A stretch of 64,000 bases of DNA from Camelus dromedarius (GCF_036321535.1 NC_087444.1:36828001-36892000), one strand, 5' to 3'; numbered from the stretch's first letter, positions 37,851 to 49,330 are shown. Notes: generated from the sequence alone by a model not told the origin. Program-made: numbers and translations.

Positions 37851-39104
37851 GTTGCAACAACACTGGTCTCTGCGTGGAAACCCCTATTCTCACTTCTCTC
37901 TCTCTCCACCCCACTACCCAGTTAAGTCAGAAGTCAAGAAATAGCAGCCTATGGGCTAGTTTAGTCCATAGGTTTTTTTTTTTTTTTAATTGAGGGATAA
38001 TGAACACACACAATGGACATATTTTAAGTGTTCTTTCAGCAGGTACATTTTAAAAATTATTTCCTTGTCAATATTTAAAAAATGAGAGGCCTCACTTATA
38101 CAGACACAAATGTGCACAAATCCAGATTTTGAAAAGCCAGAATTTGGTGACATGGGCCCTCTTTCTTGCATGGCAGCAATGAGCTGATCTGGAACCACAC
38201 ATCAGCTACCCCCTAGTTAGGACTCTGCTTGCTCCCAGTACCCAGCCAGGCCTCCTTTCCTCTTTATATTACCTGCCAGATCCCTGTTATCTGTTCCTCT
38301 CCACGTTTTAGCTGAGACAATACTTCCTCAGGGAAGCTTTCCAGATCCCTTCAGACTAGATGAGGTCATCCAGTTACAAACTCACACAGTCCCAAGAACT
38401 CTCGTCATTGCAATCAACCCACTATTTGATTAACATCTGTGTTTCCCACCAGACTGTAGGCTCCTTGGAGCTAGGGACCAAGTCTGTCTTGCTCCTGCCA
38501 TATTCCTCAGTCCTGCCATAGAGAAAAACCTCAGTAAACAGTTGAATGAGTGAACCAGGGGGCTGGGGGAGGGAGAAGTGTTGGAACAGCAGGAAACTAA
38601 ATGTTCGCCCACATTCAGTGTGTCTGAAGAGAGGCTGAAGTGGTGATGAGTAGCAGTTGGTGATACCAGAGAGGTTTGAGAGGAGCCAGAGCTAAAGGGG
38701 CCTTGGCACTTAGCTCAAGAGTAAACTTTAGCTTGAGAGCCATTGAGAGTCACTGCAGGAGTTTAAGCAGTTGAGGCCTTAGGTTTAAGCTTTTCAGAGC
38801 TCACTTCGGGACCAGGTGAAGGGTAGACTTAAGGGGACCCAGACAGGAGGGGAAGAGTCAGGAAACTATGGAATAACCCAGGTCAGAGGTGGAGACTTGA
38901 CCATGGCCAAGGCTGTAGGGATAGAAACTTGTAGTGGGCCACGGTATTGTCTCTTTCAGCTCTGGTACAGCACACTAAGGTGGAGACTGGCTCATGTAGC
39001 ATGTAGGGAAATTTGGCTGCTGGGAGGAGGAGGAAAGGAGAAAAGGAGGTTGGACAGCTAATGGATGGAGGATGAATGATGGGGGGATAATGACTACTTG
39101 GCTA

Positions 39105-39150
39105 GCAAGAGGATGGATGGATGGATGGATAGATAGATGGAGGGTGGATG
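39105..39150 (+). repeat. (TGGA)n/(TAGA)n microsatellite
   Basis: ggatggatggatggatggatagatagatgga. Confidence 0.8.
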
Positions 39151-39867
39151 GCTGCCTGGGTGGAATCTATTAGTGAATTTTTATACATTCAGACTTTGTA
39201 GCAAGTTGTCAGCATACCTGTCTCTAGCATTTGGTCCAATTGCTGAGCAGATTGATCCTGGAAGATCTGTGTTTTAGCTCCAGGAATTAGCCATGCTGCC
39301 CCTGGCCAGCCCCTGAACATGTTAGGCCATCCCCAAACATTCAGCCTCAGAGCTCCAAGTACCTGGTTTTAGGTTGTGGAGGTGGTGGGTATATGAGGCC
39401 CTGTCTGCAAGTGATTCTCCAGTTGGCCTAACTGCTGAGAGAGGATGGCTGATTCCTTCTCAAAGCTGACTTCCTGTGAAAGCAAGATAAACAAGCTTAG
39501 AACTTATACTTTGGGTCCTTCAACCTTAGAGGATGGTCTCATTTTACCATTTAGAATCTGAAACCTGGTAGGGCCAGCCAGGGCTTTCCCTGGGCCTGGA
39601 ACAGTGAGGCCAGGTCCCTGCGGTTAGGCCCCTCGGTAGCAGCAGGCAGTGCTGGGTTGTGAGCTCCATTACCAGATGACCCCTCTCCTCTTCCACCTGG
39701 GGCACAGGTATGCTAGAGAGGTCTGACAGGGAGGCTCTTGGGGGACAGGCAGAGAGTCTCTGCACTAGGGAGTTGCATGGAGATAGTGATCAGTTCTCTG
39801 GCTACAGGAAGCAGGGGTGGGACTCTTAGAAAAAAGTATGACGTGAATCTTTAACCTTCTGGGCCAG

Positions 39868-40043
39868 TGCATGGGCACCATCTTTGCTGGCCACCTCGTG
39901 GTGCACCTGACTGCTGTTTCCATCGATCCAGCAGATGCCAACGTGCGGGACAAGAGTTATGCAGGGCCCCTGCCCATCTTCAACCGCAGCCAACATGCAC
40001 ATGTCATTGAAGACCTGCACTGCAACTTGTGTGACGTGGATGT
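39868..40043 (+). CDS. ZDHHC1: ZDHHC1 coding exon
   Basis: cag|TGCATG...GATGT|gtaag; 176 nt; CMGTIFAGHLVVHLTAVSIDPADANVRDKSYAGPLPIFNRSQHAHVIEDLHCNLCDVDV. Confidence 0.96.
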
Positions 40044-40394
40044 GTAAGTGCATGTGGACTGGGTGTGTGTGGACTGGGCAGATGAGTGCCCCCAGGGAAC
40101 TGCCAGCAGGAGCTCAAGGCAGACAGGAGTATGCCCAGGCTTTACAGTCATCCTGAAGCCTCATAACCCTCGTGTTTCACACAGTCAGGAATCTTGATGG
40201 AGTGACAGAAAATTGGGTGAAGGAGGTGAGGAGAAGGTGATTGGAAACAGAAGATGAGGAGTAGCATTTCCAACAGTTAAAGTAGGAAACATTTTGCACT
40301 GCCACAAACACTTCTAATGACTAATTCTGCCAGTAACCCCACCCCTCTTCTCTCACAATCATTCCCAGCTAGGGGTGGGGAGGGGAGCTAACAC

Positions 40395-40665
40395 TTGAGT
40401 ACTTACCTTGCGCTAAGTGCTTATGAACAATCACCCTGTAGGATGGGCAATATATTTCTCAGTTCACAGAGGAGGAAGAGCCCAATGCTCAGAAAGGCTG
40501 AGCAGCTTGAGGTTGATCATACGGCTGTTGGGCAGCAGAGCCAGATTCACAACCCAGCCTGCCTAGCCCCAGATTTGATACTGTTATCCTTGTTTATGCA
40601 TGAGGAATCTGAGGCCCAGAGAGGCCAAGTGACTTGCTCCAGATCACACTGCTAGTAGGTAGAGG
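40395..40665. mobile_element. Two adjacent MIR fragments
   Basis: tttcacagaggaggaa...gctcagaaaggctgagcagctt and gaggaatctgaggcccagagaggccaagtgacttgctccagatcacac cores. Confidence 0.7.
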
Positions 40666-41629
40666 AGTCAGAATGCCTCCCTAGAGCATCTCAGTCTCCC
40701 AACCCCAGGTAGGGGATCAGGGATGGGGGTATGGTTCAAGGCCAGCTCCACACTTCTAATCTAAGACCCAAGCAGCCTGTGGAAGGGGCTCTGTCCATAG
40801 AACAGAGAAAGAGCCAATGACACTCAGATGCTGAGGACTTTGGCATCAGACCATCCTTTCCTTCACTAGACACAGTGCATTGTTCCTCAGTGTATGCTCT
40901 GGCAGTTGCTGCCTATTCCAGGGCTCCGTTCTGTTCTAGGGGAGAAGGTTGCATCTTACTCGTCCACTCCTTTGGGCTTTATTGGTCCCTTCCTGGGGCA
41001 GGGGGACTCACTTGCATTCCTAATGTGGCCTTATCTCATCTGACCCCCTGCAGTGAACTGCCAACTGCTCACCCAGATGTCAGTTTGCTTCTCTTCCTTT
41101 GGCTCCCTTTAGATTAGCCCAGAGTTCTCTGGAAGATTGCGAAGAAAATCCCCATAGTCTGGTAGAGAAACAGAGACTCAAAAAATGTAGATATCAGGAA
41201 GAGCAACGCAGGCCCTGCACTGAACAGCCTTGCCCTCTTCTCCCTGGCCCCACATCTGCATTGTCTCCTGGCTGGGCGCAGGAGTCCTTACTTAGAAAGG
41301 AAACCCGATTTTCATTTCACATCACCATCACCCAGGTGCGCAGTCCCAGACTGGGACAGTATAATGCCCCCTTACTCGTCCTGCCGCCGCGGGTACACTC
41401 CCCCTCTCCGCCGCCACTTCCCTGCCTCTCCGCCACTTCAGATGCGCTACCTCCTCTGGTGCCCCGACGCACAGTACAGCCCGCCAGAGGGCGTGCGCGC
41501 TTCCCAGTAGATGCGCTCCGCTGCCGGCATAGGCGCGGATGGGTAACTCGCTCCAGCACCCTCCGAGCCAGGCCAGGCAGCAAAGAGCTGTATGAGCCCG
41601 CAACCGCGCTGTGCCTCCTCCCACCGCAG

Positions 41630-41731
41630 GAGCGCTCGTTCCAAGCACTGCAGCGCCTGCAACAAGTGCGTGTGCGGCTTTGACCACCACTGCAAGTGGC
41701 TCAATAACTGCGTGGGCGAGAGGAACTACCG
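41630..41731 (+). CDS. ZDHHC1: ZDHHC1 exon with catalytic DHHC motif
   Basis: cag|GAGCGCT...TACCG|gtgag; 102 nt; [34 protein letters not shown]; DHHC at 41682-41693. Confidence 0.97.
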
Positions 41732-42135
41732 GTGAGAGCTGGCCCCGGCCACAAAAGTGCCTGGGGATGCATGTCTGAATGTACGAGTCTTGAACCTGCA
41801 TATGGGGCAGGGCAAGGATAGTGGTACTTGGGGGACCTTACGCTGATGTGTGTTAATGTGTGCTGGTCTGAGGGTGATGCTCCTGATGGCCGCTGCCTGG
41901 GACACTGAGGGTGGGTAGGTTTGGTTCTTTCTCTTGCTGGCCCAGGGAAAGGTGGGGAGCCTGTTGGGGGTGTCTGCTCACTATAATCTTTGCCCTAAGT
42001 CTTTAGCTTCCTGAGGAGTTGGGGCTCTGGGGTCAGAGGCCCGGCTCCCCATCCCAACCACGGGCCCTTCTGAGCTCTGGGTCCTTACCCTGCTGGAGCA
42101 CCTGGGTGCTAACAGCTGCCCATGGCTGGGCCCAG

Positions 42136-42260
42136 GCTTTTTCTACACAGTGTGGCATCTGCTTTACTGGGTGTCCTGCTCCTCGTGCTGGTGGCCACTT
42201 ATGTCTTTGTGGAGTTCTTTGTCAACCCCATGCGGCTGCGTACCAACCGCCACTTTGAAG
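42136..42260 (+). CDS. ZDHHC1: ZDHHC1 coding exon
   Basis: cag|GCTTTTTC...GAAG|gtcag; 125 nt; LFLHSVASALLGVLLLVLVATYVFVEFFVNPMRLRTNRHFE. Confidence 0.96.
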
Positions 42261-42360
42261 GTCAGTGTGGGCTCTAGACCCACTCCCACCCCACAACCCT
42301 GGGCCTGTTCTGGTCACTAGTCACAGACCTGGCTGAGCACAGTCTGTCCGTGCCTTGCAG

Positions 42361-42519
42361 TCCTGAAGAATCACACAGATGTGTGGTTTGTGTTCCTGCC
42401 TGCTGCCCCTGTGGAGACCCAGGCTCCTGCCATCTTGGCTCTGGCTGCCCTACTCATCCTTCTGGGCCTGCTCTCCACAGCTCTGCTCGGCCACCTGCTC
42501 TGCTTCCACTTTTATCTCA
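42361..42519 (+). CDS. ZDHHC1: ZDHHC1 coding exon
   Basis: cag|TCCTGAAG...CTCA|gtaag; 159 nt; VLKNHTDVWFVFLPAAPVETQAPAILALAALLILLGLLSTALLGHLLCFHFYL. Confidence 0.96.
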
Positions 42520-42768
42520 GTAAGTGCCCTCCACTCCTGCCCCACATACACACCCACACCTGACTTATAGTAAGGTACCTACTTGGGCTGTAGAGCCCTG
42601 AAACTGTGCCCCTTCTCAGTGCTCGCTCTCTAATGGTAACCTGGTCTTACTCCATGGCTTAGCGTATATGGGGATAATGGTTTCAGCCTGTGACTGTATA
42701 CCCTCCCTTACCTTCTGAACCTCAGGGTTCCTTTTCCGTTGCACTGAGCCTTCTCTTCACCCCCTCAG

Positions 42769-42881
42769 TGTGGCACAAACTCACCACCTATGAGTACATC
42801 GTGCAGCATCGTCCACCACAGGAGGCAAAGGGGGCCCACAGGGAGCTCGAATCATGTCCCCCCAAGATGCGGCCCATTCAG
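42769..42881 (+). CDS. ZDHHC1: ZDHHC1 coding exon (TTxE motif)
   Basis: cag|TGTGGCAC...ATTCAG|gtata; 113 nt; MWHKLTTYEYIVQHRPPQEAKGAHRELESCPPKMRPIQ. Confidence 0.96.
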
Positions 42882-45625
42882 GTATAGAAGTAGCCCAGAG
42901 GGCTGAGGGAGTGAAAGATGGGGCCCAAGTGTGGGAGGGTTGATGGGCTGTGAGTAGCCAATAACAAGACAGGGCAGAGGGAAGCAAGCCTGAAACAGCA
43001 GCTGGGGTAGGGGATGGTGGAGGCAGCAAGGGTGAGGTCCTGTACTAAGCACGTGCCTGCTTGCTCAAGTGTGGGCACAGCCAGAGGGAGCCCTGCATTT
43101 CTCTGACCCTATGTATGCACCTGTCCAGGCTCCAAGCATGTGCTGGAGGGTGCAGAATGTGGGAGCCTAGAAGCAGGCAGGTTGGGACTGAAGGAAAAAA
43201 AAAGGGAGAGACTAGTGACTGGGTCACCAGGATGGAACCATCAGTTCTCTCTGTCTGTGATCCTGCACCCTTATACCCATTACCCTACTTAAGTCTTGAA
43301 ACAGTCCATAAGGCAGGTAATGCTACCATACCCATTGTTGCAGGTGAACATACTGAGGCCAAGAAAGGTTAAACAAGCTGGGTCTAGGAAGAATTAAGGT
43401 CCCTGCACTCTGGAGCAGCAATCCTCCAGCCCGGGCTTGGGCTTGGCCAGCCCAGCTGCTGACCAGCCTATCCCTATTCCCATGCCCCTTGGCTTCCTGA
43501 GGTCAGCAGCTGGGGGTGGAGGCGGTCCACTCCTTGGAGCCTCCAGGGACTGGGAAGGCAGGAGGCCCAGGCAGGCCTTGTTGGGAATGCTGAGTTCTGG
43601 ATCCTAAGTCCTCATGGCAACTGGACACAAACACAGACTGGTGGACAGATTGGGGAGGACTTGGGACCCCGCCTCTCCTGTTCTTCTTGCCATGGGTGGG
43701 CCAGGCTGCCAGACCTGGGCAGGCCTAGGGGAATGCTGGCTGTTGGTAGAGACCCCCTGCCACATCACTGTGTACCTGCCATGGTGCTGTGCACTGAACT
43801 TGGGCAAACATAGTGGCAGCCATCCTGGGAGTGGGCATCATCCCTATCCCCACTTCACAGAGGAGACAGGCTCTAAGAAGTAGGCAGGAGACTTTCTCAA
43901 GCTTCAGAGTTGAGGCAGGGCCAGATGTGCTGGCAGCAGGGACATTTAGTATCTGTAAATGACCTGAGGGAGACCTCCCCAGGGGAAAAGTGGTGTGCTT
44001 GTCCCATTGTACAAAGGAGGGCTGAGGCTGAGAGGTGCCATGTTACCATTAAGGAATGTGCAAATTTTGAAGGTCTCTGAGGGAGGATTGTAGGGACAGC
44101 TGTGATGAGGGGAGAGGGGTTTGAATGGAGACACTCTCGTGACACCTTCAAACTCCCTCAGTTGGCTAGGGCCTGGCTCCTGTCCCATTTTGGCCTTTCA
44201 GGCTTCTGAGATCACCCTCTACTGCTGCCCTCCCCTCTACCCTTCCCCCTAGAACCTAGGACCACCAGGGTAGGCTTTGCCCCTCTCTCTTGGGCCCTGG
44301 AGGGGTGCTAAGTCCACACTAGCAAAGAGGAAGAATTTGGGGGAAGGATTCCTTTGCTGTCCCAGACTGGCCTTTGACCCCTTCTTTCCCAGGACTCTTC
44401 TGCTCAGGCTGGCACCCTCACACTCCTCCCGAAAGGGCCGGCCTGGGCAGATGCTGGGCACAGAGCTTGCCCTGGGCTTCGCTTCATTCTCTGCATCTGT
44501 GCAGCCAGCTGGTGACCAACTGGGCTCTGTACCCCAAATCTGCCAGGGCCACCCCAGAGGGAGCCTCCCCACCCCCACCCTGAGCAGGAATGTGGGAGGA
44601 GCCCCACTTAGGAGCCGTTGCCCCCAAACATAGGCTTGTTTTAGAGACGGTTTTGCTGTTACAGTGTCATCTCCACATTAGTCAGGATGCCTGGGTCTCC
44701 ATGGAAACAACTGCTGAGCAGGCGACAGCTGTCTTGGTGCCATGACCTCCCGCCTGATGGGGGCGGGGCCTCGATGCCATGGCTCCACCCTGCACCCTCT
44801 GCAAGGCTCCCTTCCCAGGTTATTTTTCCTGGGTTTTGTTTTCTCACCTGCAGTCCTCTTGGGCGTAGCTGGGCTGCTTGCTGTGTGCTGGGATGCAAGC
44901 CTAGGTCACTTCTACCTCCTGGCTTCAGCCCCCTTCACTTTCAGAAGTTGGGTCTGCCACTCCCACAGTCCCTGTGAAGATCAGCAACTAAACAAGACAG
45001 AGAACTGGCCCATAAGCTGTGGCACTGTTTTTTCCACCACCTACTGCCTTCCCTTTCTGGGTAGGAGTTGGGGAGACTGTTCATCCCTCCAGCCCTGCCA
45101 GCAGCTAAGATTCTGGCACTCAGCTCCTGGGGAGCCATGGATCCCTGAATGCAGCGTCACACCCCTGGGTGCACACCTGGGTATGTGAACTGCTCAGTCT
45201 CCCAACTAGGGAAAAAGTAGGTTTAGACACTGGAGCCCTGGGAGGAGCCAGGAGCAGCAGAGGATCTCTCTGAGTCCTTTTTGTCATCCCCTACCCCCAC
45301 CCCTTGGGCAGAACAGCTCTAGATTGTGTGCATTGGATCCATGAGGTTGGAGGCTTCCTGGAGGAGGTGGAGTTTGACTAAATGAAGTGAGAAAAACGGT
45401 GGGATGGGGTAAGGTACAGAAACAGCTGTTTTAAGCCTCATTCTGCATTGGGGCTTTCCCAGCATAGCTGGGAAGCCAGAGGACAGCCCTAGACCTCTGT
45501 GCACAGACCCCCCACAGAGGCCAGTGAGGGGGTGTTGTGTCCAGGACCACCAGGTGGGCTCAGGACCCAGAAGGCCCTGGACCCACACTTGGCCTCCCAG
45601 CCTCCCTCACCCCCACCTTCCCCAG

Positions 45626-45708
45626 GAGATGGAGTTCTACATGCGGACCTTCAGCCATGTGCGCCCAGAGCCCCCTGGCCAGGCCAGGCCTGCCACAGTG
45701 AATGTCAA
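45626..45708 (+). CDS. ZDHHC1: ZDHHC1 coding exon
   Basis: cag|GAGATG...GTCAA|gtgag; 83 nt; EMEFYMRTFSHVRPEPPGQARPATVNV. Confidence 0.94.
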
Positions 45709-45941
45709 GTGAGTGCGACCTGGGCATGTGCCACCTCACATCTCCCATTGGCATGGCAGGGCCATCTGAGGTTGGAGAAAGGGGTTAGGCCAAGGCACAG
45801 GTCTTGGTCTAGCCCAGTGTGGCATTGGACAGATAAAAGCTCCTTTCCAGCTAGGAAGGGAGGCTTATTTTAGGACCTCCAACAGGGAAGGATTTGAAGG
45901 AACAACAGCATCCAGTGCTAATCCTCCCACTTCCCCCTCAG

Positions 45942-46035
45942 TCCCTCCCGGTTCCTTGCCACCCGCAGCCAAATGGAGCCTCCACTGCCCTCCTCCCCAG
46001 AGACTCTTGCTCTGCACCCCCCGATCCGACCCCAG
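45942..46035 (+). CDS. ZDHHC1: ZDHHC1 coding exon
   Basis: cag|TCCCTCC...CCCCAG|gtagg; 94 nt; (N)PSRFLATRSQMEPPLPSSPETLALHPPIRPQ, resembles the mouse-type C-terminus. Confidence 0.88.
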
Positions 46036-46171
46036 GTAGGGGGTACTGTGCTGGGCCCCATGCTCAGGTGGAAGGGGATGGGAAAGAAGCCTCTACCCTG
46101 CTCCACTCCTCTGCTTCCTTTGGTGATGTGAGGTCTGGGGAAGGGGTACTCAGGCTTCTCTCTGTCTGCAG

Positions 46172-46250
46172 AAAAAGAGGAAGCGGCTTATGTATAAGGT
46201 GCCGACCTCTGGGACCTTGGACCGGGAGCACCCGTTGCCCAGGCTACCGG
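46172..46250 (+). CDS. ZDHHC1: ZDHHC1 coding exon
   Basis: cag|AAAAAG...CCGG|gtgag; 79 nt; KKRKRLMYKVPTSGTLDREHPLPRLP. Confidence 0.88.
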
Positions 46251-46359
46251 GTGAGCGCCCCTTCCTGGCCGGACCCTGCTTAGGGAGCTCAAGGGAAGGA
46301 AAGAAAGGCCCGCAGAGAGTCTTAAGGCCCTAGTCTTACGTTCTTTTCCAACCCTGCAG

Positions 46360-46643
46360 GGCCCCGGACCCTGGGCCGCCGCTCCAGCTCGTCCTCGGAT
46401 TCTGCGGGCACCAGCCCTAAACACGCCGCTGGGCCTGCAGGCACCTACCACTCGGCGTCAGCCGAGTCCATGGACGAGATTCCAGTGGCTCAGACACGCC
46501 TAGGCAGTGCCGCTCTGGCCGTCCCCGTGGGCAGGGGCCGAGAGCCCGGGCTGGCGTTGCAGGCGCGTGCGCCTGCCGTTTTCGTGAGCCCGAGCAGCGG
46601 CGAGCCCGGGGCGCCGGGCGGCCCGGTGGCGGGTTTGGCTTAG
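46360..46643 (+). CDS. ZDHHC1: ZDHHC1 terminal coding exon
   Basis: cag|GGCCCC...GCTTAG; GPRTLGRRSSSSSDSAG...SAESMDEIPVAQTRLGSAAL...QARAPAVFVSPSSGEPG...GLA*; total CDS 1467 nt. Confidence 0.9.
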
Positions 46644-46809
46644 CTGGGCTGAGAAGCGGGAGGGCGGAGGAGGAGCGGCGGGCCCGACTCTCTATGCAAC
46701 ACGCCCACCCCCGCCGCACCAAATGCACTTTAGGGTCCCCTTTGGCCCGCGGGATCGGCCCCTCACCCCGACGACTCAGCAATACCTGCCCCACCAGCCA
46801 TGATGCTCC

Positions 46810-46815
46810 AATAAA
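46810..46815 (+). terminator. ZDHHC1: Polyadenylation signal of ZDHHC1
   Basis: AATAAA about 167 nt after the stop, followed by T-rich sequence. Confidence 0.8.
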
Positions 46816-47449
46816 CTTTTATGCTTTTTGCGGATTTAGTGCATAGTTTCTTAATGGCAAGGGCCACGGGCCCTCCTAGAGCCGGACCATTGCCGGTCAG
46901 CCTAGGGGCAGAGGGTGAGGTGGGTCCTCTCCGTACACTGTCATAGGGAGGAGATACACAAGGACCTGAGGTGCTCAAGTGCGGGGTTTCTGGTTGGGAA
47001 AGGTCTTGGAAGGCTGCCTGGAGGAGGTTATTTTTCTTGAAGATAAGGTTTGCACTTGGAGAGAGGAGGGGAAGCAGCTTTGGGGCTCCAGAGGCAGCAG
47101 CAGGAGCACGGACTGCAAGGTTAACACGAGTAGGGTGGGAATAACCGAGGACGCGGATTTGGGAGATCCAGGAGCTTTTTCCTGGCGGTGGATGGATGTC
47201 GGAGTATCAGGATTTGGGGAACGCCACTGGTGTTTCGTTCATTGTTCCCTCCCGCCCCCAGCGATCTGGACTTGTGATTTGGGATGCCACATGTTAATTG
47301 GAGACCTGTGGTCTTGAGCCAGCCCTATATCCCATTGTCACTAAGGGAAGGGACCGTCCTGCTCCTCTGCATCCCCACTTCCCAAAAGGCCATCGGTTTG
47401 GATTGCCCCTGGAGGTGGGGACCAGCTTTTAACTTTGGTTGGAGCCTAG

Positions 47450-48050
47450 AATGGGGGCCATCCGAGGACGTCCGGAATTGTAGAGGTCTGGGCTCCCCGA
47501 CCAAAAAGGCTAGGGAGCTGCCCCGGGAGCAGCGGGATGAGGCTATCTCAGCAACTCCAACCCCGTAAAGCGCCGAGAGGGCGGTGTCGGGTGGGTGGAG
47601 CCTGCGTGACCTTGGTCACTCTCCCGCTGAGACAGCCACGGGGGTGGGACTCGCCGTCTCCATGGAGACTGAGAAACAAGGGATAATACGGCGGATCCGC
47701 CCGGGCTGCAGTCCCGCCCCAGAGCCGGCAGGGAGCAGAGCTGCGGAGCCGCCCAGTCTCCAGCGTCCGTCGGTCCATTCTTGCGTCCTTCTGTTCACCG
47801 AACGCGCACTGCAGGAGCAGCCACAAGGTACAAGCCGGTAGGAGACCCCGGCACCGACCACCCTAATCAGTTTTCTGCACGATAAGAAGGGGAAGGGGAA
47901 GGGAAAGGGGTTGGGTGGGGAAGGGTGGGGTGGGGAGGGGTTTGAGCGGCCTGGAAGGGGTCTTAACCCCGGACGGTACCGAGCTAAGGACACCAGCTGA
48001 GCGGCCCTGCCCCGGGCCCAAGTGTTCCACCCCCACCCCCACGCTGATTG
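47450..48050 (+). promoter_or_regulatory. TPPP3: CpG-rich promoter and probable non-coding exon 1 of TPPP3 (donor after 47827)
   Basis: CpG cluster; palindromic X-box GTCTCCATGGAGAC at 47656-47669; GC box; donor caag|gtacaa; next coding exon has an acceptor at 50325/50326. Confidence 0.6.
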
Positions 48051-48399
48051 ATGACTCCAGCTGTCCCTGTGGGAGCGAGCTTAGCCTGCAGACCCCTGGG
48101 ACTAGGGCCTGCAACTTGGTGCCACATGATCAGCCCTAAATTACCAAGAATCCATCTTTCCACGGACAGGAGTGAGCACTGGTGCAGGGTCCTGCTAGGC
48201 CCCTGGGACAAGCATCCTGTGGCACTCAAGCTTCCCTCAACTTTACCCTTGATGAGCCAAGTGCTGGTCTCCTCTGGGTTCCTGGTGGGAGACTGCAGTG
48301 TAGGGAAAGAGGAGTGCCATTTGGAAGGGATTGTTGGCCCACAGAGTTGCTGCAATGTAGGAGCTGTGGGTGTCCCCAGTCCCAGAAACTGCAACTTAG

Positions 48400-49330
48400 G
48401 GATAGGTGACTATGGTCACCACTGGAGGGTTTTCAGTGTTAAGCCCAGTAGTAGTGGAAAAGGGGAATGCAGGCAGGCACCCAGGTGTGGTCACTGGAGG
48501 CCCTAGTATAATAGGCAGAGGTGGAAGATAGTTGCTGAGGACACAATTCAGGGTGTGGTCAGGAGGCTGCAGTAGAGGAGGTGGGTGTGCTAAGGGGGTC
48601 TCAACACAGGGGTGTGTCAATATAGTATGTAGGAATTTGGAAATGCAAGCCTATGGGTATGAGGACAAGGTGGGTTGTGAGGATATGGTCAGGGGCTACA
48701 GGGGTGTGGAGAGAGGGTAAGTTGTGAGGCTCTGGTTAAGGGTCTCAGTAAGGATGTGGGTGTGTGGACAGAGCAACCCAGTCCCAGGGCTTCTGGTGTA
48801 AAGATGGAGGTGGCTGAGGTGCAGGGCTGAGGGTGTGGTCAGGGAGGCCTCAGTACCAGGCTGTGTTACATGGAGGGAGTTTCAATGCAGAGCTGAGGGT
48901 GTGGGCAGGAGACTGCAATGGGGGCTGTGGGAAAATGTGAGGAAGACCATTTAGTGCAGGGCTGAGGGTATTATGGGGGGGGGGCTTGGCACAGGGCTGT
49001 TACTATATTGTGTCGGAGGTAGATGCTGAGGGAATGGTCCAGGCCCTCAGTCCCAGAGCTGTGGGTGTGGTCAGGGGACTGTAGTAGGGGCTGTGGGAGA
49101 GGGGGGCACTTCAGTACAGGGCTGGTGTGGTCAGGGTGATCTGAGGACTGGGTTAAGGTTGTGGTCAGAGAGAATAAGGCTGAGGGTATGGAGGGCCAGT
49201 GCTGAGTGTATACAGCTGTGGGAGTGTGGACTAGTGTGGTGGTGTTCAGGGTGTGGCCAGGAGGCTTGCATGGAGGGCTAAAGGTGCAGACACGGAAAGT
49301 GTGCTTCAGTGCAGAGAGAAGGTGTGAGGA
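48400..49330 (+). repeat. Degenerate G-rich minisatellite in TPPP3 intron 1
   Basis: Recurring core cag..gggctgagggtgtggtcaggga.gc at roughly 35-40 nt spacing; strong G/T strand bias. Confidence 0.55.
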
